A stretch of DNA of 64,000 bases, filler included, from Lenisia limosa (GCA_001655205.1; 14 parts of 14 records of this genome joined end to end with filler, not necessarily neighbours in it), one strand, 5' to 3'; positions 25,816 through 37,810 are shown, counted from the whole stretch's first letter. The notes: a model not told the origin generated them from the sequence alone. A program made the numbers and translations.

Positions 25816-26569
25816 CTTCTTTATTCATGAGCTTTTTTTTGTACCTAGTTGTTATATACTCCATTAGCTCTGCTGCAGTATCTTTTTTTTACCATATTTT
25901 TTTGGTTGCAATTTCCAACATCTCGTTGTTTATCTCCCTGCTACATTTTGGACTATTATTATTGGCTTCACTTTTATCTCGGGCTGTTCTTCTTTTTTAG
26001 TCATCACTAGAGTAACTTCTGGAAGTCCAACCAACAGAGTTTTTGCGAAACTCGTGAAAACCCAAAGTACGGAAACAATTCTAGAATAGAGCAGTGAAAG
26101 TTGCAGCTCAAAAAATAGGAAAAAGGGAGGGTACATCATTAATAACACTACTACTTGCAAAAATAATAAACCGAAAATAAATCAGAGCAGAATTGTACAT
26201 ACCGATAGTTGGACCTTCTGTGCCGAGAGAAGAGGTTTTTTTTGTTTATTTTTTAAAAAATACATCACAAACCTTGTTACGAGTTCAGAAGGGCACCCAA
26301 ATACAGAACACTTTTTGTCGACAAAATCTCCATTATCCCCCTTTTCAAAATCGACTTCCTTTACTAGAAGTTGTTTGTTACTAATCATAGTATTTATTTA
26401 TTAAAGACTTTCTTTGGTAAATAAAGCATATTATTTGATATAACAATAAAAATAATCACAAATAATATAATAATTTTTGAACAACCCTCAAACGAGGAGA
26501 TGCTGGGGGGAAAATATAAGGCATGTTATTGAATAATTGTAATAAAATAACATATTAAAAGATAACATT

Positions 26570-27160
26570 GCCCTGATTCAGGAATTCTCTCTTCCTCCAT
26601 GATAATGCCGTGAATGTGGCACCATGCCGAACGTAAGTACGCTTGGAACAAAGTAATTAAAGCTCAAACCTCTATCACACATGCTAACACAGCTTAATGT
26701 TCTTTGAATGTATCAGTAAGCGTTGTGAGGTTAAAGCGCCGCGATCCGCGTGTCGGCAGCGGTGATTGCTGCTCCGCTTGAGAATAAATGCCGATTTCAA
26801 ATATGGTGCATTTTTATACTGCTGAGAGAAATTTTTTTATAGCCTCCATATGGACCAACTTGTGCATAAGAACTATGGGGTGCAACTTGTACAACTTGAA
26901 TCCGATTCAACAAAATTTAAAGCAGCAGGGGAAGACCTTGAAGAATGCCCATCTAACTTCAACAAAGCAATATCATTATCCTCAGTCATACCCAAATCCT
27001 CTCTTACAGCTTTCTGGAACCACAACAGTATCAATCCATTTATAGAAGGTGTCACGACCTCGCAATCCTGATAAAATAAATCTTCCCACTTACCATCCAC
27101 CCTTTGGGACCATTCGCAAGGAGGTTGAAAGTTACCAAATCGAAACAGGTGAAACACCAC
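26570..27160 (-). pseudogene. Decayed pogo/Tc5-family DDE_1 transposase
   Basis: LILLWFQKAVREDL...DIALLKLDGHSSRSSPAALNF (LLxLDGHxS motif), then frameshifted IQVVQVAPHSSYAQ (LPxHTSH-like) and AYLRSAW; stops and frameshifts in between. Confidence 0.75.
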
Positions 27161-28218
27161 TCACATTCATATACCCTGTGGAGACAAGGTTGGTTTGAGG
27201 ATGATGACCGATATTTATTTATTGAAATAGATGGCTTTCGAATCTTTCAGCTATTCAAAGACTGCTTGACCTTAAGGCCCGAAACAAATAACGCCATTAT
27301 AGTCTTTAATAATTTGCATTTCTTTGTTAGTTACATGTTGTTTTCCAATAATAATGAAAGGACGAAATCTGCTTCCATTGGTTCTACACAATTAATTTGG
27401 GTAACGATGACTCTTGTGTCATACATATGTACCTAGTGTGACGAAAACGCCATTGTTTTTGCTTTAATACATCTATTCCACAAGGCGTAAAACTAAGTCT
27501 AAAACTTCCTTGTAGTGAAATCCTTCAATGCTCCTCTATCCTTCATTAGTTTGTGTATTTCACTCCGTTTTTTCGTTCTTGTTGGTGTATTATTCGGTTT
27601 TATCATTGTCATATTACACGTTTTTTCTCTCAATGTGATTGAGCTTTGGAGTGAATCCCATTTATTAATTTATCACTTCTGCATTGATATAATATAGTAT
27701 CTATCTCCTCTCATTTTCTTTTCTCATTAAAACATTGCTATTCTAATTTACAGTGATCAGGGGAAGTCTTGACCGATTTGCTACATTTTGCACTCCAAAA
27801 CACTAACTCTTCAGGAAAACAACGTATCGAAAGCAAAGAACATGGTGTCAAATGCCATTTCCAGCATTATGAAAATTGCTGGTAGGTTGGGTTTCGTCTA
27901 CTTCGTTTCAAAAAATATGATGAATATCTCGATAAATTCTCGATAAATATCGATATTTTATCTGTCTTTTTCGGACCGAAGTGAAGCCCTGTTGGAAGGA
28001 ATTATTCCATCTTATTCATGTCAAGCAAAACTTACCAAGTTTAGAATATCGAAAATCAGATAAATTACCTTTTTTCTTCATTCTATTTTTATGCAGTTAA
28101 TATGGATGCTGAGGAGGTAGAAAGCTGTGTAAAACAGAGTTGTTTAGCAAATGATTTGGTGAATGAACGTCTTTCTGTCTTTCTATTTATCATATATTAT
28201 CAAATGAAAGAGTATGAT

Positions 28219-28318
28219 CAAGGCTTCACTTCAGGTCGAAAAATGGCTGTTTATTTCGATAAATTCTCGAAAACTATCAATATTTTCCTGAGTTTTTTCG
28301 AACCGAAGTGGAGCCCTC
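28219..28318. mobile_element. hAT-like MITE family B
   Basis: CAAGGCTTCACTTCAGGTCGAAAAA ... TTTTTTCGAACCGAAGTGGAGCCCTC; flanks AGTATGAT / AGTATAGC (partial TSD). Confidence 0.75.
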
Positions 28319-29230
28319 AGTATAGCTTGTATGTATGTACTATATTCATTTAACAATTGACATTATATTATAACATTCAAGGAATGAAGGGAGGCAATGT
28401 AATCTGCTACACTGTGGTATTCGCCTTTATTCTAATTGTTATCGTTTTCTTGATACAATGACAAATACACAGGGATTTTTGTCATACAGTAGAGATGAGA
28501 AATAAAACAAGATTGTATCTGAATCTCACGCTTCTAAGAGATATTGTGTTGCTATCAAATCAATGCTTGAAGTGACTGCTACGTTTATTTTTGCATTAAA
28601 CATCTTGTGAAACAGATGTAAACAACCATTAAAACATACTACCTACTTCCACGCCCAAGCTCCCTCCCCCCTCCAACGGAACTCGTCAGAGCAGACTTGC
28701 CCTTCAAGCCCAAATATCTGGTAGTNNNNNNNNNNNNNNNNNNNNNNNNNNNNNNNNNNNNNNNNNNNNNNNNNNNNNNNNNNNNNNNNNNNNNNNNNNN
28801 NNNNNNNNNNNNNNNNNNNNNNNNNNNNNNNNNNNNNNNNNNNNNNNNNNNNNNNNNNNNNNNNNNNNNNNGATGATGTGTAGTGGACATCCATTGTTGT
28901 CACGGCTCTAGTCCCGGAACAACGCCTTAGAAACGTCGACAGAATATTATTATAGCAGGAGACTGACTTGTGTTTTCTATTGTGGAGGGTTGGGTTATGA
29001 AATCCTGACTCTTAAAACTAACAAAAAAATCTCAAACCATAAAGGTAGCGTTGAACGTGTAAGACTTAGGCCTTTGCAGCTATGTGGATAACCACCAAAT
29101 AAATATATCGGCACGGGAATTAAAAACACTTTTGTTTTTGAGAAACTGTCTCAATTTGTTTGAAACTTGTGGCCCAAGTATCCAAAAAGAAGAAAATACA
29201 TGCATGTCACAACCACAACGCCAAAGCCGC

Positions 29231-29959
29231 CTAAGCTGACGGGACCGATTGGATTTTATTCCATTCGCCTCGAAGTCCCTCCTTCCACAATGTCACGTCA
29301 TCCACTCCAGAAGATACCGCCAAGAGGGTTCCGGCCAACGACCTAGGCGGGGGGTAAGACTGGAGAGATGCGGGAAAATTGGTAAAAGAAAAATAAGAAT
29401 AATAAGAATAATAAAAAAATCCAATATTTTAAACCATAATAAATCCTGTTGGTAAAATTTTCTGACAACACCCCTCCAACCAGGATAGCCTCCAAACAGT
29501 GTCATTAAAAACGGGAAGCTGGGTGTTCTCCCATTCGCCGTTTCTCTCGTCCTGGCTCCAAATCACAACCTGGGGGAGAGTAAAACGAAGGAAATATCGA
29601 TAAAGAATATTGGTACTAGGAAACGAAAAGGGGGTGAGGTATGAAAAAATTAGGAAACAAAAAAAAAACATGAAACAACTAGTTGGCTAGTATTTGGGAA
29701 ATACACAAGATAAATATTTAAAACAACAAAACACACAAAGCTCAGAAACAAATGAGAAATAAAAAATAAAGATGTATCTGGCAGAAGCCGTCCACACCAT
29801 CATGCTTAGAAGATACTTATTTTCCATGGAATACACCACGTACCATTTTATCCTGGCCAGCCGAGGCGAACATGGCGCCGGGAAGGCCGACGGTTGGCGC
29901 AAAGGCAACGTCGCGTACCCAGCCGCTGTGGCCGTTGAGAGCGTCACCGTGTACCCAGC
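29231..29959 (-). CDS. SEC13: COPII/nucleoporin WD40 protein Sec13 (3' part)
   Basis: LNGHSGWVRDVAFAPTVGLPGAMFASAGQDKM|VVIWSQDERNGEWENTQLPVFNDTVWRLSW|SLAGTLLAVSSGVDDVTLWKEGLRGEWNKIQSVPSA*. Confidence 0.96.
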
Positions 29960-30067
29960 NNNNNNNNNNNNNNNNNNNNNNNNNNNNNNNNNNNNNNNNN
30001 NNNTTAATTAATTAANNNNNNNNNNNNNNNNNNNNNNNNNNNNNNNNNNNNNNNNNNNNCCCCCCAG

Positions 30068-33000
30068 GTTCTCAATTTGCCCTCTTTGGCGGTTCAAGAC
30101 ACGCCGTACTCAGAGCTTGCGCAAAACATCGCTAGTGCTAAGGCTCCACTCCTCTTCATTACCACGCTCGGAGGTCTGGTTTAAACTGACAGGGGAAATA
30201 TACATAACTAGGGCTTCGCTACGGTCCCAAACAAGACCTGTATAATATTGATATTTATCGTGGATATATCTAGAAATTCAGTCTTTTTGGCCTAGGGAAG
30301 TCCTATATATAACAATCATCACCATTTGTAAAGGAACAAGAAAAGAATATTTGCAGTGCAATTTGTCCGTGATCCACAGTTTTGTCCTTGATTCACAGTT
30401 TTGTCCGTGATTCACAGTTTTGTCCGTGATTCATAGTTTTGTCCCTGATTCATAGTTTTGTCCCTGATTCATAGTTTTGTCCCTGTTTNNNNNNNNNNNN
30501 NNNNNNNNNNNNNNNNNNNNNNNNNNNNNNNNNNNNNNNNNNNNNNNNNNNNNNNNNNNNNNNNNNNNNNNNNNNNNNNNNNNNNNNNNNNNNNNNNNNN
30601 NNNNNNNNNNNNNNNNNNNNNNNNNNNNNNNNNNNNNNNNNNNNNNNNNNNNNNNNNNNNNNNNNNNNNNNNNNNNNNNNNNNNNNNNNNNNNNNNNNNN
30701 NNNNNNNNNNNNNNNNNNNNNNNNNNNNNNNNNNNNNNNNNNNNNNNNNNNNNNNNNNAGATATCATCTGCACGAACATGTATATCGTATAGTAATCATC
30801 ATATACACATATGATACCTCCCCTCTTTACCCCCCAGCGGACCCTTCACTGGAATTAGAGGAATTTGCAGTCAGTGTCGTTGGTAATGGCAGGTTGGGGG
30901 CGAGTTACACATGTAACTAATACTATATCATACGCATCGAAAAAAAGGGTATGGAGCAGCTTATTAGCAAAAATAACAATGGTTGGAAATAAGGTGCTTT
31001 ATTTTCACTAGGTTCCACCAACTGGCGATGGGACAAGGCCAAACAGACGCTGCTGAAACTCTTTTGAAGGAAGCGGNNNNNNNNNNNNNNNNNNNNNNNN
31101 NNNNNNNNNNNNNNNNNNNNNNNNNNNNNNNNNNNNNNNNNNNNNNNNNNNNNNNNNNNNNNNNNNNNNNNNNNNNNNNNNNNNNNNNNNNNNNNNNNNN
31201 NNNNNNNNNNNNNNNNNNNNNNNNNNNNNNNNCCTTTAAGCACAATTTTCTTTTCTTTTGTTTATTGTTATTGTCCCTTCTGTTTTGTTTTCTTTGTTCT
31301 CACTCTGATAGAACCGGCTGGTGGGTGTTGCTCAAAATCGTTTTTTATTCCTATTTTATTTTTATATTTCAGAAATTTTTTTTTTTTTATGTTTTTATCT
31401 ATTTTGTTTTATTATTGTTATTGTTATTATACATAGTTTCTTTTTTTCTTTCTTTTTTTGTCTCACTCCAAAGAACCGGCTGGTGGGTGCTGCTCAAAAA
31501 TGCTCACCTCTCGATTTCATGGCTTCCCACTCTCGAGAAACTCCTGTCCGACCTGACCCCCCACCAAGTTGGAAGGGGGGTTTTCTTGAGGGGTCTCTTG
31601 CTCTCTCTTTTCACTTTTTACCCTGTATATGAAATCTTTCTCTTTTTCTCTTTCTTTCTCTTTCTTTCTCTTTCTTTCTCTTTCTTTCTCTTTCTTTCTC
31701 TTTCNNNNNNNNNNNNNNNNNNNNNNNNNNNNNNNNNNNNNNNNNNNNNNNNNNNNNNNNNNNNNNNNNNNNNNNNNNNNNNNNNNNNNNNNNNNNNNNN
31801 NNNNNNNNNNNNNNNNNNNNNNNNNNNNNNNCTTCTCTTTCTTCCTCTTTCTTTCTCTTTCTTTCTCTTTCTTTCTTTTTCTTTCTTTTTCTTTCTTTTT
31901 CCCTTTCTCTCTTTTTACCACCATCCCCCTATCAAGTTGGGTGGGTATTTATTGGACATCTGTCTCTTTTTCTCTCACTTTCTCTATTTCCTCTCTCTTT
32001 TTTTTTTTTTTCTCTCTTTTCTCTCTAGAAGCGGTGCTGTNNNNNNNNNNNNNNNNNNNNNNNNNNNNNNNNNNNNNNNNNNNNNNNNNNNNNNNNNNNN
32101 NNNNNNNNNNNNNNNNNNNNNNNNNNNNNNNNNNNNNNNNNNNNNNNNNNNNNNNNNNNNNNNNNNNNNNNNNNNNNNNNNNNNNNNNNNNNNNNNNNNN
32201 NNNNNNNNNNNNNNNNNNNNNNNNNNNNNNNNNNNNNNNNNNNNNNNNNNNNNNNNNNNNNNNNNNNNNNNCTGGTATGTTTTTTTGAGGATTATACAAT
32301 ATCTGAACCTTTTTTTTCTGGCATACGAATAATATATTAAATTAGATTATATCATGCTGGAGTGATAGGATGTGATGCTGCTGTTTTCAGCCTCATGTGT
32401 TCCGAGCCAAAAGATGTTGGGGTTGTTTCATATACTTTCCAAATTTACTCCCCCCCCCCCTAAATTTACATAAGCATAGAAATGCATCTTCCGAAATAAG
32501 CAAGTCAGCCGAACTACATACCATATTAGGCAAGTTGTATCGAAAGTACTTACCATATTAGGCATGCGCAAGAATATGGAACGCACCTTGTCTACTTGGA
32601 CCGATAGTGATCTTAAGGGACTTCCACCTAAAAAAGCTCAGGTAACTTCGCTAATTACAATTTAATATTATTATATTGACTGTTTGCACGTTTCCCCCAT
32701 TTTAGGTACTGTTTTTTTTTTTTGTTTTGTTCTATATCGATATCGACATATATAATATATATATATATATATATTGCTGCAATTTGCGTTTGTTTTATTT
32801 CTAAAATCATTATTATAGTGACACCCCTCCAATATTCCACGTTTTTTTCTCTTTTTCGTCTTTCTGTCTATAATAGTGCTATATCATATATTATATTTCT
32901 AAAACTCTTATTAATTAAAATTATATTAGGCTATGTTTGTCCTGGCTTGGCTCCACGCTATCCTGCAGGAAAGAAGAAACTACGTTCCCCAAGGTAAGAA

Positions 33001-33692
33001 AGGCATATAAACAATCAGAAGAAAGTAGATCAATAAACATTTAATATTTCCCCCCTTTAGGATGGTCCAAATTCTACGAGTTTTCGCTAGCCGACTTCCG
33101 GGCCGGGGTGAAGGCGATTGAATCTTCGGCTCCCCAGAGCAGTAATGAATGTTGGCGGCGGCGGGGGGTTCTTGGCCTCTGAAGGTTGGCCGGAAACTTT
33201 CTCAGCTCAAAAGTTCGACGACTTTTCTTCGTAATTCCGTATTAGGCCAATTAGCCTCCTTTGGTCTTGAAGCAAAGTCGTGGAATGTTTTTTGGTTTCA
33301 ACATTCATAAAAGTTGGCATACCGGATTTTCACATTTCAATTTTCAACTAACTTCATAATTTTTTTGAAAATTGAAATCAAAATTTAGATTTCATCTGAA
33401 AATGGAAGTATAAAGGTGAAAATGTCCGAAAATTTCAAAATAATTGGAAATTTGAATCTCATAAAACAATCGGCTTTGTTTCATACCTTGTCCAATTTTA
33501 CCACCCCACCCCCCCNNNNNNNNNNNNNNNNNNNNNNNNNNNNNNNNNNNNNNNNNNNNNNNNNNNNNNNNNNNNNNNNNNNNNNNNNNNNNNNNNNNNN
33601 NNNNGGAACATGCAGTGTACGGCGGCCGTGTTGATGACGTTTACGACCTTCGCACTCTCCGTACCTACATCACCAACTACTTCAACCACCCG
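30068..33692 (+). CDS. DYNC2H1: Cytoplasmic dynein 2 (IFT dynein) heavy chain, AAA6/C-terminal fragment
   Basis: APLLFITTLG|ADPSLELEEFA, FHQLAMGQGQTDAAETLLKEA, GWWVLLKNAHLSISWLPTLEK, MFVLAWLHAILQERRNYVPQG|WSKFYEFSLADFRAG, EHAVYGGRVDDVYDLRTLRTY. AMGQGQ and RRNYxPQGWxKFYEFS are typical of DYNC2H1. Confidence 0.93.
30209..30305. mobile_element. hAT-like MITE family B in a DYNC2H1 intron
   Basis: TAGGGCTTCGCTACGG ... CCTAGGGAAGTCCTA; flanks TACATAAC (30201-30208) and TATATAAC (30306-30313) match 7/8. Confidence 0.8.
30362..30488. repeat. 19-nt minisatellite (TTTTGTCC(G/C)TGATTCA(C/T)AG) running into a masked block
   Basis: At least six tandem units visible. Confidence 0.9.
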
Positions 33693-33904
33693 GTATGAGG
33701 TATAAACTAAAGAGAGCCAAGACCAGTCGCTTCTGCAAGCACGGCAAAATTGGGAAAAGAGGGGGGGAGTAGTTGCTAATGAACAAAACGAATAATTGAG
33801 GGTAATTAAGGTCTTACAATGTGCTCATGTCCTCCTCCACTCTTCGTTCTTCTATTAATATATCGGGTAAAATACACTGGATGGTTGAAGTAGTTGGTAA
33901 TGTA

Positions 33905-33973
33905 CAGTGACCTAAGTCTTAACGATTAAAAAAAAACACACTGCAGATCGGTTAAGACTTATCCCGGTCACTG
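33905..33973. mobile_element. Tc1/mariner-like MITE (family D)
   Basis: TA|CAGTGACCTAAGTCTTAACGAT ... ATCGGTTAAGACTTATCCCGGTCACTG|TA. Confidence 0.8.
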
Positions 33974-34196
33974 TATATAGTGTAAAACACACCGGATGGA
34001 TAAAGTAGTTGGCTATAATATATCATANNNNNNNNNNNNNNNNNNNNNNNNNNNNNNNNNNNNNNNNNNNNTTAATTAATTAANNNNNNNNNNNNNNNNN
34101 NNNNNNNNNNNNNNNNNNNNNNNNNNNAAAAAAAAAAAAAAAAAAAAAGGAAAGGGAAAAGGAAAAGGAAAAGGAAAAACACTCTTGGCGACATAC

Positions 34197-37100
34197 TTAT
34201 TGGCCTCTCTGAACACCAGTGAAAACAGTCCGTCGGTCCAATCTCGGGTGTTCGGATCAAGTCGTCCGTAGAGCTCTCCTGGGGGAGGGGGGTGAAATAA
34301 AATACCAAGCAAGATGTCATAACAGACATTGCTGAAATAATAAGTACTGGAAAGGAGCAGGAGCAAACCGATAGAAACCGCCTTAGGGTTGAGAATCGTC
34401 ATTTTAGTGTTGTGGTTGAGCCGAGTCTGCGCGCGGCCGAGTGCCTGAATGTGTAAGTAATGTAAGTTGATGTTTTTTTTTTGATGAAGAAAGTTGCGAT
34501 GTTTGCTTCAGAATACCCCTCCCCAACCTCAATGACCACGGACTTGCCACCACATGTTGGGCCAACCACCATTGTAGTGTGGCGAGTGAGCATCGTCTCA
34601 TAGAGCTGAACAACTTTGTCAACCTAAAATGTCAGAACAGCAAGAGAGCAATATGATCTCACCTGTTCGGGCAAAGGAACGTAGTCTTTCTCCTCCAATG
34701 CGGCCTCAACTGCACTGTGGAACGCAGGGTAGCGCACACGTGGCACTGACAGACCCGGGAACAGATCACTGATAAGGCCTGGGAGGGGGGAGGTGTGAAA
34801 TTGGAAAATTTATGAAACAAAAAAGCCAAATCAACTCTGTTTGACAACACACGTGGGTTGATAACAACAAAAAAAAAAAGGCCCAGGCCAGTGTGAAATG
34901 ATGATCAACTTTGGGTGGAGATGATCTCTTTCACTAACGGGAACGAAGCAAATAAAGCCAGCCTTGCACACCGAGAAAAAGTGGGACATCTTCAAAGACA
35001 AACTTGGGGAGGTTCATATCTCTTAGCGCTCTCATGAGAACCACGTCTTCGGCAAGATCCGGGTAGCCACGCTTGAGTGCACCGGCCATCACTAACACCG
35101 CCTAAAGCGTCAGGAAAATAAGAGAGTGGTTGTGACGGATGACCGTATTCATACCTTGAGAGCTCTGAGTCCGAAATCGTAGTGAGCCTGTTTCGACAGC
35201 TGTCCCTTCGCGAGCTTGTAGAGAACAACCATTTTCTGCAATATGAGAGGCAACCAAAACACCCAGCATCATCATCATGCTCAACGGACCAACCTTGGCC
35301 AAAGCACGTGCGCTCTGGAAGCCCTCAGAGAAGAGCATGATCTCGCAAATGAGACTCAGGTCCGGTACAACCATGACAACGGGACGGAAAAGAGCCTTCA
35401 GATTGTCCGGCAGCTCGGTACGGCCCGCATAGCTACATTGGGAGTTAGTATGGGGCATAGCTACATGAGGATATTATACGTACTACTATAATATATGACA
35501 AGGAAGAGTACAGCCCTCACACCCCGGGTTCATGGTGATGAAGATGCCGGTTTTGCTGTCGATTGTCACGTCCCGACCATCGAAGGTGAACGACCGAACC
35601 TGAGGGTAAAATGGAAAATCTTATAAAACAAAAACAAAAGACCAAAATCAACTCTGTTGGCTGACAACACACGTCAATTGTTGCAAAGTGGCGCATACCT
35701 TGAGTTGGAGAGCGTTTTGAATGGACTTGACTTGTTGCGAAATAACTGAAAGCACCTGTCGGGTTATTTCATCATCAGAGACGCAGAAAATGCCAAATCA
35801 TCACAGACACAGAAAATGCCAAGCCCCCCACTTCAGGTTCGATTCTATTGAACTCGTCGAAGCAACCCCATGATCCAGTCTGGATGAGTCCTGTAAAGAG
35901 CCTGCCCATCGCCTGGTAGTCGAGACCTGTGCGGTGAGAGCCGAAATGAACAGGGGTATCTTAACATGGACTATCAAGATGAAGAGGGCAATCTTATCAT
36001 GGATTACGGAAGAGGCAGAATATAATAATCACTATTACCTTCTCCGCAGTTGAAAACGACACAGAAGAGCCCAAGAGTCTTAGCCAGGTCTTTGACAGTC
36101 TCCGTCTTTCCGGTTCCAGCAGGTCCGGCAGGAGATCCTCCAAGGCACATTGAAAGCGCCTGTTGGGGGAGAGGTCACCAAAAGAAAAGTCTCAATATCA
36201 GCATATACTGTATATCGTCAAAAGTTGACTGAAAAGGCTGACTGGAAAGGCTGTCGAATTTTCCTTTTTTATAGTTCCCAAAACTAGATTCACATAAAGT
36301 AGCCGACCTGAGTCAGAGTCATGATACAGCGATCGGTCAAGGGCGTGATGACAAGACGTCCATTCAGGCCTTGGTACTCGTAGCCGTACTCCAATGTGGC
36401 TAGGATGTTACAGTCAGACCAGGAATACTAGGGCTCATTCAAAATGTCGTAAACGGTCCCCTCACCATTGCATTGGCGGATTCTCAAGTCATCTCTCGCA
36501 CGGTCCCAATAGAATCTGAGCTGCGACTCCCATTCAAACTCTCTTTCGTCCAAAATGGAGTCGCGAATGAAGCTGTCAATCACATCTCTTGCGTGAACCT
36601 CCACAATAACCTGACAGGTGAGTAAAGGGGGAGGGGGGGGGGGTAAAACTGGAAAAAACTTTTCCCAGAAAATTCACTGTATTCCAGGAAAGCTGCTGAA
36701 AAAGTGGGGAAAATCCCGACTCAAGTGTTTTCCAATCGCATTCCCCTTCGTTATTTTGCTCGTGGTTGTCTTCCTTTTGTTACAAGGAGTTTTCCGGCCA
36801 GAAAACTCCTTGTAAAAAAAAATATCGAAAAACCACTCCCAGGAAAAAAAAACTAGGGGTTTTCTTTTAGGAAAATTATGAAACAAATGTTGGCTGACAA
36901 CACACAAGGGTTGAACACAACAAAACAAACAAAGCCCAGGACAGCCGCTTCTGCAGCACCCATCAGGGGGGGGGGTGAAGCGGAAATCTTCCCCGGGTAC
37001 TGNNNNNNNNNNNNNNNNATACCCCCCCACTAGGGTAGTGACCTTTCTGCGTTCATCGGGAGTCAAGTCAGTACGGACGGCGGAAATGAGATCGCTGATC

Positions 37101-37734
37101 TGAGCATGGAGACGGGCAGAAAAGGTCTTCATGGCGTTCTTGTTGCCTGCCCGGACCTTCCTAAAGACGTCTTCCACGAACCATGTCCACCAGACCTGGA
37201 GGGGTAAGTATGAATACAGTCAGGCCGAAGCTATCTATCACGTTTATACAGGATTTGGGCTTCATTTCGGTTCAAAAAAAGACTGTAATTCTCGATAAAT
37301 CTTCCAAAATTATCGATATTTTACTGCTAATTTTCGAACCGAAGTGAAGCCCTACAGTATACTAACACCAATCAAATCCACGTATAACAGAGGGATTTGA
37401 CTCATGTTGACAAACGAGGTCGACCAGGTAGTTTACACTCACCTGTGTGGCAGAGAGAGTGCACATTCCTGGGAAGCTCTTGAGCCAGTTGACTCGGTTC
37501 ATCTCCGATACGGCGTGGACACATTCCTTAGAAATCTGCCGGAGGGTCTTTTGCATCTGAAGTGTCATCGAATACTCAACTCAGAGTGAAAGAGTGTTTC
37601 CTCATGCCCCTCCCCCCACTTCGACCTCAACGTGTCCCATCCAGGTTTCCACGGGACCCTCAGCAGCAACCGGAGTGCGTAGGGTGACGGTCTCTCCTTC
37701 GGCAGCCTTGAGGCCCACAACCACCGACGACAGT
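34197..37734 (-). CDS. DNAH10: Axonemal inner-arm dynein heavy chain, I1/f-alpha type (linker to AAA2 fragment)
   Basis: [24 protein letters not shown]-loop [118 protein letters not shown]. These match DNAH10-specific stretches. Confidence 0.93.
34779..34895 (-). repeat. Family A intronic repeat forming a DNAH10 3' splice site. Other copies: 35600-35675, 36860-36975, 38956-39110, 39125-39190, 39845-39908 (all minus), 14505-14559 and 63885-63950 (plus), 6031-6068 (partial)
   Basis: Minus strand CCTGGGC(T)nGTTGTTATCAACCCACGTGTGTTGTCAAACAGAGTTGATTTGGCTTTTTTGTTTCATAAATTTTCCAATTTCACACCTCCCCCCTCCCAG, followed directly by the exon LISDLFPG. Confidence 0.9.
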
Positions 37735-37750
37735 CTGTGCGGTTAGTTAT

Positions 37751-37810
37751 GTAAGAGTATTGGATGAGTGTTAACTTAGGTAAGAGTATTGGATGAGTGT
37801 TAACTTAGGT
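37751..37810. repeat. 29-nt tandem repeat (GTAAGAGTATTGGATGAGTGTTAACTTAG) at a contig end
   Basis: Two exact units visible. Confidence 0.85.

Noticed and set aside
30983-32332. 449-aa ORF and overlapping Phe/Ser- or Lys/Glu-rich ORFs
   Set aside because: These are read-through of N runs and (TTTC)n intronic microsatellite; only two short segments are DYNC2H1 exons.
33057-33110. Degenerate family B MITE
   Set aside because: It is a genuine DYNC2H1 exon (WSKFYEFSLADFRAG).
34779-34895. CTGGG...CCCAG terminal inverted repeats for family A
   Set aside because: Copies at 36935-36975 and 39075-39110 show shared sequence continuing beyond CTGGG, so it is not the true terminus.
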